From Anoxybacillus tepidamans PS2 (GTDB lineage Bacteria > Bacillota > Bacilli > Bacillales > Anoxybacillaceae), in contig NZ_JHVN01000016.1 in the NCBI RefSeq assembly GCF_000620165.1, positions 15,024 to 39,023 of the forward strand: a DNA stretch of 24,000 bases, read 5' to 3'. Below are positions 23,027 through 24,000 of the stretch, piece after piece. How positions within the stretch are numbered: the first letter of the stretch is position 1; each line of letters opens with the position of its first letter. Position numbers and translations under genes: made by a program. A model generated the notes under the pieces. The model made no database searches. It saw only the letters and a list, made by a program, of their open reading frames with translations, and was not told the origin of the DNA.

Positions 23027-23286
23027 GACCAAATTTTAGTTTAGCACATTGAGCAAACGAGCTGGTAAGAGTAAACAGCACCGTATAAGACCGAGCTTAA
23101 TTTGTTGACGAGAAGACGGCTTATGAATTGACTAGGAAGCTTGCTGGCCTTGCCTTTAGCGAAGTTTTAGCAGAAGCAAAGAATTTTGCCTATATTGGGT
23201 TGATATGAGACAGCGAAACAGCTTAGTTTTTGGTGAAATGCGGATTTCTGTTGTAGGGAAATAAAGAGATAAATGGAGGGATGGAA

Positions 23287-23751
23287 ATGTCCTATATCGT
23301 TGATTTTAAAAATGTGTCTACGATTGGTTTAGATTCTTCACCTGTAGCGGAAGCGCTTGCTGGTTTACGCGCTAATGAAGCCCGTTACTTTATGAACAAA
23401 TACAAGCATGAATTTACGGTTGTACCGGCTAGCGAAAGCCAAGAGACTCTCGATTATGTGAACCGAATTTTGAAAGAAGAACGTGATATTGAGTTTGCGG
23501 CCAAACCTTTAGAAACGTCGCGTTTTCAAGTGGAAAATATCAAAATTGCCTACGTCTTTTATGAAGATGGTCTTGTGGTCAATGTCATGTATACGGTTGA
23601 CGACCCTAAGAAGCGGGCCGTTGGCTTCAAGCTTTCTGAGGGAATGGAGGTACCAAAAGAGTTAGAAGGAAAGTTTAAATTTGCTAGGCAGAAATCTAAA
23701 ATAGCTGGAACCATTCGGGGTTCGTTTTTTGTAATTAAAGGAGAATATTAA
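23287..23751 (+). CDS. Hypothetical protein (154 aa), family not recognised
   Basis: An intact ORF with GGAGGG at 23275-23280. ATG 23287 has better spacing than ATG 23281. There is no signal peptide, TM segment or motif that I can name. Confidence 0.55.
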   Translation: MSYIVDFKNVSTIGLDSSPVAEALAGLRANEARYFMNKYKHEFTVVPASESQETLDYVNRILKEERDIEFAAKPLETSRFQVENIKIAYVFYEDGLVVNVMYTVDDPKKRAVGFKLSEGMEVPKELEGKFKFARQKSKIAGTIRGSFFVIKGEY

Positions 23752-23882
23752 AGTAAACAAGTAAGTGAGGAATCCGACCATTTTTTATATTTGTTCATTC
23801 TTTTTCTTTACTCGCTAGAAAATCTAAAAGCTTCAGTTGCCCTCGATCCGACAATATTACCACTTGGTATTACGTCAAGAAC

Positions 23883-23946
23883 ACGGACACGTTAAACGGA
23901 GAAAAGTAGCCTGAGTTTAGCTATTTTTTCTGTTTAACGTGTCCGT
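23883..23946. repeat. Long inverted repeat (17-bp stem, 30-nt loop), terminator-like
   Basis: ACGGACACGTTAAACGG (23883-23899) pairs with CTGTTTAACGTGTCCGT (23930-23946), comprising 15 perfect bp plus G-T and G-C pairs, followed by tttg. It lies 130 nt downstream of the hypothetical ORF. Confidence 0.5.
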
Positions 23947-24000
23947 TTTGTTGAAAGCGCACTAAAATCTAACTCCCTTTTTTTCCACATCACTCATTCC

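Noticed and set aside
21243-24000. A direct repeat of the ssrA 3' end (an attR-like site) and an integrase gene downstream of ssrA.
   Set aside because: Neither is present within the window. The CTCCCAC strings at 21721 and in the hairpins belong to the repeat family, not to an ssrA duplication.

Overview
This window is a chromosomal core segment of a Bacillaceae genome. The esterase, Crh and CggR sequences look Geobacillus/Parageobacillus/Anoxybacillus-like, but that is inference from remembered protein sequences, not a search. Gene order follows the B. subtilis trxB...ssrA region in a more compact form. In order: the 3' part of trxB; the yvcI-rapZ(yvcJ)-yvcK-whiA-crh cluster; a convergent clpP with a CtsR operator; an uncharacterised secreted protein; tRNA-Arg(CCG); sigL (sigma-54); a small CPLC thioredoxin-fold protein; the glycolytic operon cggR-gapA-pgk-tpiA-gpmI-eno, with a CggR operator matching the remembered consensus; a yjdF (DUF2992) homolog preceded by a structured leader (candidate yjdF-class riboswitch); then secG, est, rnr, smpB and ssrA (tmRNA). 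Immediately 3' of ssrA (about 21.25 kb to the window end) the sequence looks accessory. That stretch holds a ~350-bp hairpin-bounded element with a possible tnpB tail remnant, a solo hairpin repeat, an ArsR/SRPBCC pair behind a promoter carrying two identical 16-bp palindromes, and an unrecognised 154-aa ORF. The most unusual signal is a family of related hairpin repeats (five hairpins in all) found only in intergenic DNA, at 5.3-5.5 kb and 21.4-21.9 kb. I did not find a clearly novel multi-gene system. Novelty claims here are limited to the repeat family, one orphan promoter/terminator unit and two uncharacterised proteins. All homology statements come from reading the translations and from memory, with no database search.
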